Below are positions 36,740-45,957 of a DNA stretch of 64,000 nucleotides, in pieces (position 1 is the first letter of the stretch; the number at the start of each line of letters is the position of its first letter). The position numbers were made by a program, and so were the translations under genes. The notes under the pieces were generated by a model. The model saw only the letters and a program-made list of their open reading frames with translations, was not told the DNA's origin and searched no databases. Source of the DNA: an uncultured Verrucomicrobiota bacterium (GTDB lineage: Bacteria; Verrucomicrobiota; Verrucomicrobiia; Limisphaerales; SIBE01); NCBI GenBank assembly GCA_964578605.1, contig CAZODO010000001.1:70348-134347 (forward strand). Direction: 5' to 3'.

Positions 36740-38025
36740 GGGTGACGCTCCTTCCTGAACGTAAACCAAAGCGCGACCCCCAGGAGCAGTGTGTTAAAGA
36801 CGCCCAGCGTCCCGACCACGATCTTGAATCCTTGGAAGAACTCTTGGCCCGAAAACCCCGCAATCCGGTTCCGGAGCAGTCCCAGGGCGCAGGCGTACCC
36901 GATGGCCACCAGGACGGTCCATGGCACAATTCTGAAACGATCGCGGGCTAACAGGTTGCTGATGAGCACATTGGCCAGGATCAAGGGCAACAGACTCCAG
37001 GCGAACCACGGCACCAAGGGCGCCGAGGCCCAGTAAGTAGGGTTACGGAAATAGATGATTCTCAAGGGAAGCCACGGCAGCACCGTGCATGCGAGAGCCG
37101 CCGCCGCGCCCAAAATGGCCGTGGCAATCACGGCGTGCTGGAGTGCGTCCGTTTTTTCCGTAAGGGCGGCGCTCCTCACGACCTTCGGGAACATCACGGC
37201 GGCGAGCGGGGTGGTGAAGCTGACCATGGCCAAGCCGATCATCGCGCCCGGCGTGTAGAACGGGGATTCCCCCTTCGAAAAGACCGACTGGACGAAGATC
37301 ACGTCCACGTTCGCCATGAAAAGGACCACTCCCACCCCCAACGTCAGCGGCACCAGCCTGTTCAGCAAGGGCCGCCACTCAAATGACGTTCCAGGGCCCG
37401 TCACGATGCTCCAGATCAGCCAGGTGCCAATCCCCAGCGCAACGATCTGGCCGATGAGCGCGCCGGTCATTCCTCCAGCCGCTTGCCCGCCCAACGAGAC
37501 GATCAGGACGATCGCAGCAAACCGGCCGGCGCCATCGAGGATCATGACCCAGCCGAGCCCGGCAAAGTGCTCTCGTCCTTGGAGCACACCCTTCACGATG
37601 GGCGCCCAGAGGGAAGCCAATCCAAGCAGCACGGTAACCCAGAGGGCAGCGGGGTTCGAGATCTTCAACGCGGTTAGGATCTGGTTACGAGAAGCGAACA
37701 CGCCGGCCGCGATAACAATCCAGATCAGGAAAGTGGCACCCAGCACCGCCCGGGTGGCGGCAGCGAGCCTTCTCTTTTCGAGCTCTGAAACTGCGGCCGC
37801 GGCTTGGCGGGCAAAGACTATTTGCAGTCCGCCTGCCGGGAAGCCCAGGAGCAGAAAGATTCGGAGCAACGTGTAGAAGAGCGCATATTCCGACTCGATC
37901 ATCGGCTTGTTCACCACCACGTGAACCGCCGTCATGAACATCCCACCGAGGACCGTCGCCACGACCATCCACCCGCTCTGGCGAAAGAAAGTGAGCCTTT
38001 CGGCGGCGGATCGGGTTGCGGTCAT
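36736..38025 (-). CDS. Polysaccharide/oligosaccharide flippase-like membrane protein (MOP superfamily)
   Basis: About 12-14 hydrophobic helices and a glycan-cluster context. Start moved to MTATRSAAERL (38025). Its stop codon overlaps the GT2 stop on the opposite strand (TTAA at 36736..36739). Confidence 0.6.
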   Translation of the reverse strand: MTATRSAAERLTFFRQSGWMVVATVLGGMFMTAVHVVVNKPMIESEYALFYTLLRIFLLLGFPAGGLQIVFARQAAAAVSELEKRRLAAATRAVLGATFLIWIVIAAGVFASRNQILTALKISNPAALWVTVLLGLASLWAPIVKGVLQGREHFAGLGWVMILDGAGRFAAIVLIVSLGGQAAGGMTGALIGQIVALGIGTWLIWSIVTGPGTSFEWRPLLNRLVPLTLGVGVVLFMANVDVIFVQSVFSKGESPFYTPGAMIGLAMVSFTTPLAAVMFPKVVRSAALTEKTDALQHAVIATAILGAAAALACTVLPWLPLRIIYFRNPTYWASAPLVPWFAWSLLPLILANVLISNLLARDRFRIVPWTVLVAIGYACALGLLRNRIAGFSGQEFFQGFKIVVGTLGVFNTLLLGVALWFTFRKERHP

Positions 38026-38074
38026 CAGGCGCCTAGTGAAGCCCAAAGCCTCCCGTGAAATCGAGCAGGAAAGC

Positions 38075-39280
38075 TCACTCCAAAGGCGCTCGGCAGATGC
38101 ACTCCACGAAATCGACGGCGCGGTGACAGAGGACTCGCCAATCGAGTTGTTGCCGCACGCGCTGGCTTGCGGCTTCCGCATAGCGTTGGCGCATTTGCGG
38201 CGGGTCGAGAAGCAGGCTCGTCACCTTTCGACCGAAGCTCGCGCCATCAAACTCCGAGAAGCGCACCATGGGTTCTTCGCCGAAATAGCGCACGGCGCTG
38301 TTCAAAGGCGTGCTCACCACGGGCAATCCAACCGCCAACCCCTCCACGATCTTCGCGACAAAAGCGCAGTGCGTTCCCGCCGACTCTTCGTAAGGAACGA
38401 TTCCCACCGTGGAGGCTGCCAGGTGCTGCGCGACGTCTTCGTAGGGCACAAACCCAGTACATTCGACCAGCGCGTGAGGGATCCGCTGCCTGACCCGCTT
38501 GAGAAAACCCTTCAGGGCGGCGGTTTCCTTGCCCACGAACTTGAACACGGCCTCGGGCTGTTTCTCGGCGACGAATGCCATGGCGTCGAGCGCGATCTTC
38601 TTCAAGTGGTGATGATCCAGAGAACCGTGCATCACCAGGGTGGGTGTATCGCTGGCTGCCTTGGCTGCCTTCTCTGACCGCAGCTCGAAGCAGGCGCTGT
38701 CAAAGCCGTAGTAAATCGGCAGGATTCGGTCGCGAGGGTATCCGGTCTCGGCAAAGGAATCCGCCAACGTATCGGAGACCGTCAGCACCGCATCGGCTCC
38801 GTAGCGACGGGGCATTGAGAGTTCGAACGCCTTCATCCGGTTCAAGAGCGGACGCGGCGCGAGGTGGCGCGGCCAGGTCTCCATGAACCCGGTCAGGTAA
38901 TCGAGGAAGTTCATGATCACCTTGGCCTGCAGCCTTTGCCGCAGGCGTCCGGCGGTGACCGCAGAGATGGCATGCTGCGAGAACACGAGGTCAAAGGGCG
39001 TGGTTCGTGCCGCGTCCTCAACCAGCCGCTGGACCGCGGATGGATAGAGCAGGTATTTGAAACTGCGGAACGACGTGTATCGCCCCATCTCCCAACGCCG
39101 GAACAGGTGGAGGGTGACTGAGAATTGGGCCGCCACCGTTTTTGGATCGCTCAGGTCCGGGCAGAAGATGTGCATCTCGTGCCCGCGGCGCACAAATTCC
39201 TGCACCAGGTAGGGTGCTTCCGCCGAACCCCCGCCGCTTGGCGGGAAGAAGGGTTCATGAGTGATAAAGGCGATTCTCAT
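38075..39280 (-). CDS. GT-B fold glycosyltransferase (family 4/1-like)
   Basis: MRIAFITHEPFFPPSGGGSAE N-terminus and a C-terminal VPYEESAGTHCAFVAKIVEGLAVGLPVV (E-x7-E-like). 401 aa. Confidence 0.8.
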   Translation of the reverse strand: MRIAFITHEPFFPPSGGGSAEAPYLVQEFVRRGHEMHIFCPDLSDPKTVAAQFSVTLHLFRRWEMGRYTSFRSFKYLLYPSAVQRLVEDAARTTPFDLVFSQHAISAVTAGRLRQRLQAKVIMNFLDYLTGFMETWPRHLAPRPLLNRMKAFELSMPRRYGADAVLTVSDTLADSFAETGYPRDRILPIYYGFDSACFELRSEKAAKAASDTPTLVMHGSLDHHHLKKIALDAMAFVAEKQPEAVFKFVGKETAALKGFLKRVRQRIPHALVECTGFVPYEDVAQHLAASTVGIVPYEESAGTHCAFVAKIVEGLAVGLPVVSTPLNSAVRYFGEEPMVRFSEFDGASFGRKVTSLLLDPPQMRQRYAEAASQRVRQQLDWRVLCHRAVDFVECICRAPLE

Positions 39281-39373
39281 TCGGTCAGCCTCTTCCGGGC
39301 GGAAGGAACGCGTGCCTCGGAGCGGCCCTGCCGCCGGGTTGCCTGGGCGTCCGCACGGGTCACGGTGCCAGCC

Positions 39374-40528
39374 TCACGGCAACGACCGGAGGAAACGTTC
39401 GAGAAGCTTCACGGCAGAATCCAGGCTCGCTCTGGCGATCCATTCGGCCGCGGTATGCGCCTGTCTGATGTCGCCTGGCCCGAACACGACACTCGGTATC
39501 CCACCCGCCGCCAGCACCGCTGCGTCACAGAAGTAATCCACGCCGATCGGGGTCTGCTGTCGGGCGCACTGCAGGAACTTCCGGACGAACGGCTCGTCCG
39601 TCCTGGTCTCGAGGGGCACGCACGGGGCGTGGCGCGCGCTGGCCAAAGCGGCCTTCAATCCGTGTTGTCGCAGGAGGGTCTTGATTTCGCGGCGGACGGT
39701 GGTTTCGTTTTCGCCGGGAAGGGTGCGCCGGTCGATCGTAATGGAGCATTCCGCTGGAACGATGTTTGGCTGGGTGCCGCCACGGATGGAGCCCACGTTG
39801 ATCGTGGCGCGGCCCAGCAAGGGGTGCGTGCGCTTTCGAAGTTGTTCCGCATACCGCGTTTCCAGAAGGTCCACCACCTTTGCCATTTCATGGACGGCGT
39901 TCTTTCCAAGTTCCGGACGGGCGCCATGGGCGGGCTTGCCTTGGGTTTCCAGCCGCAGCCAAACATCCCCTTTGTGGGCCGTGACCACTTTCAACCGGGT
40001 CGGTTCGCCAACGATGGCCAGATCGGCGCTCAGACCCTTCGCGGCCAGGGCGCGTGAGCCCGCCTGGGCATTCTCTTCGTCGGCCAGCCCGGCGAAGACG
40101 ATCTCCGTCATCTCCGGGCGCGGCCCCGATGCCGCCACTCGGAGAACGGCCATGAACATGGCCGCAACACTGCCTTTGGTGTCGCACGCCCCGCGCCCAT
40201 AGATGCGTCCGTTGCGGTGGACGGGCCGGAACAGGTCCGCGGGATCGCCCGGGGCGCCAACGGTATCAAGGTGCGGCGCAAGGATGACCCGGTGCCGCGT
40301 CTTTCCTCGAGAGGGCAACCGGATGAGCAGGTTGGGGCGCTCCGGCAGGACCTCCTGCAACTCCGCCGCAAGGCCCGCTTTCTTGGCCAGCCCGGCGAGA
40401 TATTCGGCCAGGTTTCGCTCGCCGGCCGCGTGGTCCTCTCCGAATGCCGGATTGACGCTCGGAATAGCGATCAACTCGCCCAACAACCGTTGCGTTGAAC
40501 TGATTTCACTGGCTTTCAATAGCCTCAA
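39374..40528 (-). CDS. M20-family metallopeptidase/deacylase (ArgE/DapE-like)
   Basis: LIAIPSVNPAF, VILAPHLDTV, GRGACDTKG and GLADEENAQAGS motifs. There is no in-frame ATG after the upstream gene stop, so TTG 40528 (or 40519) is assumed as the start. Confidence 0.75.
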   Translation of the reverse strand: MRLLKASEISSTQRLLGELIAIPSVNPAFGEDHAAGERNLAEYLAGLAKKAGLAAELQEVLPERPNLLIRLPSRGKTRHRVILAPHLDTVGAPGDPADLFRPVHRNGRIYGRGACDTKGSVAAMFMAVLRVAASGPRPEMTEIVFAGLADEENAQAGSRALAAKGLSADLAIVGEPTRLKVVTAHKGDVWLRLETQGKPAHGARPELGKNAVHEMAKVVDLLETRYAEQLRKRTHPLLGRATINVGSIRGGTQPNIVPAECSITIDRRTLPGENETTVRREIKTLLRQHGLKAALASARHAPCVPLETRTDEPFVRKFLQCARQQTPIGVDYFCDAAVLAAGGIPSVVFGPGDIRQAHTAAEWIARASLDSAVKLLERFLRSLP

Positions 40529-40535
40529 GCTAATT

Positions 40536-41516
40536 TCACGTGGCCGCGGTGTCGAGAGGCGTGTGGCTAAGGGTCCCCAGGAGCCACTCCACGAACCGGG
40601 GGATGCCTTCCTCGATCTTGACCTTCGGATCGTATCCCAGCTTGGCTTTGGCTTTTGAAATATCGGCGCAGGTAATCGGCACGTCGCCCGGCTGGAGCGG
40701 TTGCCGGTCAAGGATCGCTTGCTTGCCCAGGGCCTTCTCCAGCAGTTCGATCAATCGGCTGAGAGTCACGGTCTGGCATTCGCCAAGGTTGAAGACGTCA
40801 TATCCAAACGACCGCCGGGTGCAGGCGATAATGCCGTCGACCGTGTCGGTGACATAGGTGTAATCGCGAGCCGTCGAACCATCGCCAAAGACCGGGATGG
40901 GCCGCCCCTCGGCGATCCGGCTGGCGAACTTGAAGATGGCAAGGTCCGGCCGCTGCCTCGGCCCATAAACCGTGAAAAACCGCAGCATCACGATGTCCAG
41001 GCCGTAAACATGGTGGTACACGTGCCCCAGCGCTTCACACGCCAGCTTGCTGGCGGCGTAGGGCGAAATGGCCGAGAAGATCGGGTCCGCTTCGGCAAAC
41101 GGAACCTTCGAGTTGACCCCGTACACCGAAGACGAAGAGGCGATGACCAGCTTCCCGACACCGTGGCGGCGCGCGGCTTCCAGCACGTTGACGGTCCCCT
41201 CCACGTTCACGCGCTGGTACAGGGCCGGCTGCTCCAAACTGGGCCGCACCCCCGCCCGCGCGGCGAGATGGATAATCTGATCGAACCGGCCGCCAGCCAC
41301 CGTGGCTTCGACCGCCTCCGCCTGCACCAAGTCGCCTCGAACAAATCGGAAGGCCTTCCCGGCCTTTTGCAGTTCGGCAAGGTTGCGCAGCTTGACGGCA
41401 GGGGAATAGAAATCGTTCAGGTCATCGAACGCGGTGACCGAGTGCCCGTCACCCAACAGCCGTTCGCAAACGTGGGATCCAATAAACCCTGCGCCGCCAG
41501 TTACCAGGAAATTCAC
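40536..41516 (-). CDS. NAD-dependent nucleotide-sugar epimerase (UDP-glucuronate/glucose 4-epimerase-like)
   Basis: MNFLVTGGAGFIGSHVCERLL, the YAASKLACE (YxxxK) motif, 326 aa. Confidence 0.85.
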   Translation of the reverse strand: MNFLVTGGAGFIGSHVCERLLGDGHSVTAFDDLNDFYSPAVKLRNLAELQKAGKAFRFVRGDLVQAEAVEATVAGGRFDQIIHLAARAGVRPSLEQPALYQRVNVEGTVNVLEAARRHGVGKLVIASSSSVYGVNSKVPFAEADPIFSAISPYAASKLACEALGHVYHHVYGLDIVMLRFFTVYGPRQRPDLAIFKFASRIAEGRPIPVFGDGSTARDYTYVTDTVDGIIACTRRSFGYDVFNLGECQTVTLSRLIELLEKALGKQAILDRQPLQPGDVPITCADISKAKAKLGYDPKVKIEEGIPRFVEWLLGTLSHTPLDTAAT

Positions 41517-41576
41517 GCGCGGATGCTAGCAAACCCGGTTTGCCACTGGCAACTGCCACATCCGCGCAGGCCGATC

Positions 41577-42359
41577 CTAGATCTGCGAGCAGGCCGTTGG
41601 CTGCAGGAAGTAGTTCCTGATCTTGGAGACGGTGTCGGCGTACTGCGGATCGGAGGACATTCGCTTCCAATCAGGATGCCTGCCGAAGGCGGACCAGTGC
41701 TTCTTGTGCTCCTCCATGTTCTCGGCCGAAAGCATGTAGGTCAAGTGAGGCAGGTCCTTTCCGAGAAGCGCCTGGCCGAAAAAGACCGGCGCCAAACCGG
41801 TTTCGCGCATGGTCTCGATCTCTCCGTCGTTGAACATGTCGACCTTCTTCTGGGCCTTGGCTTCGCTGTAGCTCTCGTAGGTGCGCAATTCAAACAGGCG
41901 CGGCTTCTTCTCGCGCGAGAAGGCGGGGATCTCCATCTTCGGAATTCCCGCAAAAGCCCGCAGGAACCAGCTGTCGATCCGGTCGAACCCTGGTTTGTCC
42001 TTGGGCGTCTGGATGTAATCGGCGCCGGCCCGCAGGTATTCCGCATCGGCGTTCAGCCGGGCCGCCACACTCATGGCCGTCTCCGGATGGGCGTAAGGGA
42101 TCAGGACAAAGACGGCTGGGCCTTCCTTTGGCTCGGGTTCCGTAAACACTCCAACGGGCTCGATCCCCAGCCGGTTCAGACCCGGAACGAGCGCCTTTTC
42201 GAGGTAACGATGCAGGAGTTCGCCTTTCGAATCGGCGCCGAGCCGGAATACCCGGAGCTCGTAGAACTCTTGCGGGCCCTTGGGTTCGGCGGCCGTCAGC
42301 GACATGCCGGCCAAAGTGGACACGGCCAGTGAGGTTTTCAGGAACTCGCGTCTTTTCAT
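41577..42359 (-). CDS. NIPSNAP-family protein with Tat-like signal peptide
   Basis: MKRREFLKTSLAVSTLAGMSLTAA, then two NIPSNAP-type units (EFYELRVFRL, RLFELRTYESY). Start moved to ATG 42359. Confidence 0.75.
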   Translation of the reverse strand: MKRREFLKTSLAVSTLAGMSLTAAEPKGPQEFYELRVFRLGADSKGELLHRYLEKALVPGLNRLGIEPVGVFTEPEPKEGPAVFVLIPYAHPETAMSVAARLNADAEYLRAGADYIQTPKDKPGFDRIDSWFLRAFAGIPKMEIPAFSREKKPRLFELRTYESYSEAKAQKKVDMFNDGEIETMRETGLAPVFFGQALLGKDLPHLTYMLSAENMEEHKKHWSAFGRHPDWKRMSSDPQYADTVSKIRNYFLQPTACSQI

Positions 42360-42648
42360 GGGAATGGTGGTGGATATTCGTGAATGCGCTGGCGGATCTG
42401 GGCCAACCGGCGACCGGGATGCCCGGGCAGATGCGCCGGACGACGCCACGGCCAGAGCCGTTCGGATGGCACCTTCACCAGCATGGCGGCAGGCTACTCG
42501 TCGCTGGCGCGGCAGGCGACAAAAATCAGGCTGGGGTTCTTCCGGGGAATGCATTGGCGGTATGCCCGTGACGTCTCTGGAATCCGTCCGAGGTGCGTCT
42601 CTGTCGCAAGGACAACACTCGGACACGACCAGCCCCGGACCTCCCGAT

Positions 42649-42684
42649 CACTACGGAGCCACTACGGAGCCACTACGGAGCCAC
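42649..42684. repeat. Tandem repeat, 11 bp x 3.3 (CACTACGGAGC)
   Basis: Exact copies at 42649, 42660 and 42671, plus a partial fourth. Located in the non-coding spacer. Confidence 0.9.
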
Positions 42685-42752
42685 CTGCGCAGTTCCGTGC
42701 TGTGAGTTCCCATGATTGGGGCGTTTGCGGGATAGAACATCCAGACTTCACA

Positions 42753-42787
42753 GGTATTTGACTCGATGGTCTATCAAGTCAAATACC
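42753..42787. promoter_or_regulatory. Perfect 11-bp inverted repeat GGTATTTGACT-N13-AGTCAAATACC
   Basis: Read directly from the sequence. It is followed by a third half-site-like GGTCAAATCC at 42788..42797. Confidence 0.35.
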
Positions 42788-42813
42788 GGTCAAATCCGCG
42801 TTGAATTCGAGGC

Positions 42814-42855
42814 AAACCCGAAGGCAGCGGCGCGCCGCCAAGGCTGTCTTTCGGG
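42814..42855 (-). terminator. Putative intrinsic terminator of the 42872..44068 gene
   Basis: On the minus strand, CCCGAAAGACAG...CTGCCTTCGGG (imperfect GC-rich stem) is followed by TTTG, starting 17 nt after the stop. Confidence 0.4.
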
Positions 42856-42871
42856 AACCGGCCGCTCGGGC

Positions 42872-44068
42872 TCAGTTGCTGGCGCGGTAAAACTTCGCGC
42901 CGCCGCCCGGCGCCGCGGTGTAAGGGCTCTGCACCGCAACCAGCTGGTAAGGGCCTTCCGGCTTGTCCGCAGCTTCGAGCCAGCCGTCAAAGGTGATCTT
43001 TCCGGCTTTGTCGATCGCCAGGGCGGGCACGGGAACGGGGTTGGGGCCGACCACGCGAATGTTCGAGATCAGCACGTATCGGGAAAACTGGTCGCCATTC
43101 ATCCAGCACAGGATGCAGTTGATCCCGCTGGAGGGGTCCACTTCGCCCACGCACCGGCGCATGCCAAACTCGGGCATGGGCAGCGGCCCCATGGGATCCT
43201 CGTAATCGAAGTTCCCATCGTGCTTGGCCGTTTGCCAGACTTCTTCGCCATCCCGCTGGGCGAAGTTGTCGTAGGTGTTCGCGTAGGCCGGGTCGCCGTC
43301 GGCGCCGTTGGCCACGTACATGATGGTTTTCATGTGGAGCACCTTGCCATCCTTGAATTCCGGTCCGCGATCGAACCAGCTGCCGCCTCCGCCACAGACC
43401 CCGATGCCGTTATAGCGGCAGTCCTGGCGCGCGGAAAGCCGCACCCCGGTGCTGAGTTCGCTATACTTCCAATTGGGATTGCCGATATCCCCGTCGGCTG
43501 TTCGGTTCGCGTAATCGGCCAGGGTGAAACCGTGGTCGTAACCGGGCAGTTGCGCGTTGTAATTGTTGGTCAGCGGATGGTAATCCGCCGGGATTTCGTT
43601 GGTGCAATGGAATTGCCAGTCCCAGGTGACGGTGATCGGCCCTTTCAGCTGCTTCGGGAAATCGATCTTCCAGAAGTAGGTCGCGGCGTTGGTTCCGCGG
43701 TTTCCGTCGGAGGCGACCATCATCTGACCGCCGCCCGGCGCGGTGGTATTGGTGGCGGTAACGATGTACCACGGTTCGGTGGCGTCTTCGGGTATCCAGC
43801 TCTTTCCATTGTTTAGGGGGCTGTAGGACGCCGGGTCCGGCTCGTTGGCCTGAACCCAGGCCCAGTCGGCATTGGCATTCTCCCATTTGGTTCCAATCGA
43901 GGGCTGGCCTATCATCCAGCCGTTGGTATAACCTTCTAGGGAGGAGAACTTGGTTTTATACAGCAATTGCGCCTGAACGTCGGCGACAACGAAGGCGAAC
44001 AGACCGCAAGCGAGGAATTTTGGGGCGATCTCCGCGAGGGAGTGGAGAGTCCGTGTTAACGGCTTCAT
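42872..44068 (-). CDS. Secreted hypothetical protein ending in an FYR-type module
   Basis: Signal/anchor KFLACGLFAFVVADVQAQ. Trp/Tyr/Asn-rich composition typical of secreted beta-sandwich proteins. Ends ...EGPYQLVAVQSPYTAAPGGGAKFYRASN. Confidence 0.7.
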   Translation of the reverse strand: MKPLTRTLHSLAEIAPKFLACGLFAFVVADVQAQLLYKTKFSSLEGYTNGWMIGQPSIGTKWENANADWAWVQANEPDPASYSPLNNGKSWIPEDATEPWYIVTATNTTAPGGGQMMVASDGNRGTNAATYFWKIDFPKQLKGPITVTWDWQFHCTNEIPADYHPLTNNYNAQLPGYDHGFTLADYANRTADGDIGNPNWKYSELSTGVRLSARQDCRYNGIGVCGGGGSWFDRGPEFKDGKVLHMKTIMYVANGADGDPAYANTYDNFAQRDGEEVWQTAKHDGNFDYEDPMGPLPMPEFGMRRCVGEVDPSSGINCILCWMNGDQFSRYVLISNIRVVGPNPVPVPALAIDKAGKITFDGWLEAADKPEGPYQLVAVQSPYTAAPGGGAKFYRASN

Positions 44069-44223
44069 GGTTTGTGTCCCTTAGGTTTGTTTAGTCCCCG
44101 ACCGCCAACCCGGTTCATTTGGCGACCGATGATCCAGCCGGGGCGGCAGTCTCATAAGCAGCGCTTCCCGGAATGGAAAGCGCGTCTGAGCCCTGTTAAT
44201 TCCACTTTATGGAAAGAATGCAA

Positions 44224-44249
44224 GCTAATTCACTCCGCTAATTCACTCC
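44224..44249. repeat. Tandem direct repeat 13 bp x 2 (GCTAATTCACTCC)
   Basis: Exact duplication in the divergent spacer between 44068(-) and xylB 44405(+). Confidence 0.9.
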
Positions 44250-44404
44250 GCGAAATGAGCGAAGGGCGCAGGACAAAATTCTTCGCACACGGAGGAGGCC
44301 CGGTACCTGTCGGTTAAGGAGCCATTCTGCCCATTCCATAAACATCGACAGGAAATCGCGCCCCGGTATCCTGAGCGGCGATTCGGCACGAATTTCAACG
44401 CCTT

Positions 44405-45937
44405 ATGAGAACACTAGTCCTCGGCATCGATAGCGGCACCCAATCCACCAAGGCTCTTGTCATCGACGGGTCCAACGGAAATGTTCTGGGTTCCTCCGCG
44501 CAGGCATACGACCTCCTCCCGAATCTGCCTCCGGGCGCAAAGGAACAACACCCGCATACTTGGAAGGACGCCACCGCCCGCGCGGTCCGGCAGGCCCTGC
44601 GGATGGCGCGCGCCAAGAACGGGGAAGTGAAGGCCATCGGGGTGAGCGGGCAACAGCATGGATTTGTGCCGCTGGACGCCGAGGGTGAAGTGATCCGCCC
44701 CGCCAAGCTATGGTGCGACACCTCCACGGCGCAGGAATGCGAAGAGATTATGGAGGCCCTGGGCGGTCTCAAGCCTGTCATCCGGGCCCTTGGCAATGCC
44801 GTGCTCCCGGGGTTTACCGCGTCCAAGATTCTCTGGCTGAAGAAGAATGAACCTGAGAATTTTCGGCGCCTGGCGACGGTGCTCTTGCCGCACGATTACC
44901 TGAATTTCTGGCTTACCGGCGAGCGGACGATGGAGTATGGCGACGCCAGCGGCACCGCGCTCATGGACGTCAAAAAGCGGCGGTGGTCCCTGGATGTTCT
45001 GGAAGCGATTGATTCTGGCCTTGCCGGAAAACTGCCTCCTCTCGTTTCCAGCGACCGGCCCGCGGGTTTTCTGCAGCCGGGAACGGCGTCCGAACTTGGC
45101 CTGTCTACCGAGGTCCTGGTCAGCGCCGGAGGGGGCGACAACATGATGGGCGCCATTGGGACGGGAAACACCCGCGAAGGCGTCATCACCGCCAGTTTCG
45201 GCACCAGCGGGACCATCTATGCCTGCTCGGAAAAGCCGATCATTGACCCCAAAGGCGAGATTGCGGCCTTTTGCGATTCCACCAACCGCTGGCTCCCTCT
45301 CCTTTGCACGATGAACGTCACCGTGGCCACGGAAATGGTGCGCCGCGAGTTCAATTGGACCCATCAGCGCATGGAATCGGCGGCGGCCAAGGTTCCGCCC
45401 GGGGCCGACGGCCTGTTGCTTTTGCCTTACCTGGAAGGCGAGAGGACGCCGAATGTCGCGGAGGGCACCGGCACGTTTATGGGGGCCAATGCCCGGACCT
45501 TTACGGCCGATCGTTTCGCGCGTGCTGCGATGGAGGGCGTCACCCTCGGGATGAACTACGGGCTGCGCCGGCTGGCGGAGTTGGGGATTCAGCCCACCCA
45601 GATCCGCGCGACTGGCGGCGGGGCCAATTCAAAAGTCTGGCGTCAGATTATGGCCGACGTTTTCAACGCCGAGGTGGTGACCTTGAAGGTGGGAGAAGGC
45701 GCCGCCTTCGGCGCGGCGTTGCAGGCGCTCTGGTGCTGGCGCCGTGAACAGGGCGAAGACGTCGCCATCCAGGACGTCACGGATTCCTTTGTGCAGATCA
45801 ACAAGTCCGAAACGGCTCTTCCGCGACCCGCCGCGGTGGAAGTTTACGAGGAACTGCAGCAGGTCCAGGACAAGATGTCGTTGGCGCTTCGCGACGTCTT
45901 TTCCGCCCATCGCAAGTTCGTCCTGAGGGCGAAATAG
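44405..45937 (+). CDS. xylB: Xylulokinase (FGGY carbohydrate kinase)
   Basis: LVLGIDSGTQSTKALV N-terminus, GGGDNMMGAIGTG, ATGGGANSKVWRQIMADVF. 510 aa. Confidence 0.85.
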   Translation: MRTLVLGIDSGTQSTKALVIDGSNGNVLGSSAQAYDLLPNLPPGAKEQHPHTWKDATARAVRQALRMARAKNGEVKAIGVSGQQHGFVPLDAEGEVIRPAKLWCDTSTAQECEEIMEALGGLKPVIRALGNAVLPGFTASKILWLKKNEPENFRRLATVLLPHDYLNFWLTGERTMEYGDASGTALMDVKKRRWSLDVLEAIDSGLAGKLPPLVSSDRPAGFLQPGTASELGLSTEVLVSAGGGDNMMGAIGTGNTREGVITASFGTSGTIYACSEKPIIDPKGEIAAFCDSTNRWLPLLCTMNVTVATEMVRREFNWTHQRMESAAAKVPPGADGLLLLPYLEGERTPNVAEGTGTFMGANARTFTADRFARAAMEGVTLGMNYGLRRLAELGIQPTQIRATGGGANSKVWRQIMADVFNAEVVTLKVGEGAAFGAALQALWCWRREQGEDVAIQDVTDSFVQINKSETALPRPAAVEVYEELQQVQDKMSLALRDVFSAHRKFVLRAK

Positions 45938-45957
45938 ACTGTGGCAACAGCGCGAAT

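Noticed and set aside
42384-42761. Track ORFs in the 42360..42871 spacer (for example 42384..42761, 125 aa, and 42280..42705) as genes, including the repeat-encoded HYGATTEP units.
   Set aside because: The translations are Arg/Ser/Gly-rich with no start context or motif. The amino-acid repeat is just the 11-bp DNA repeat read through three frames.
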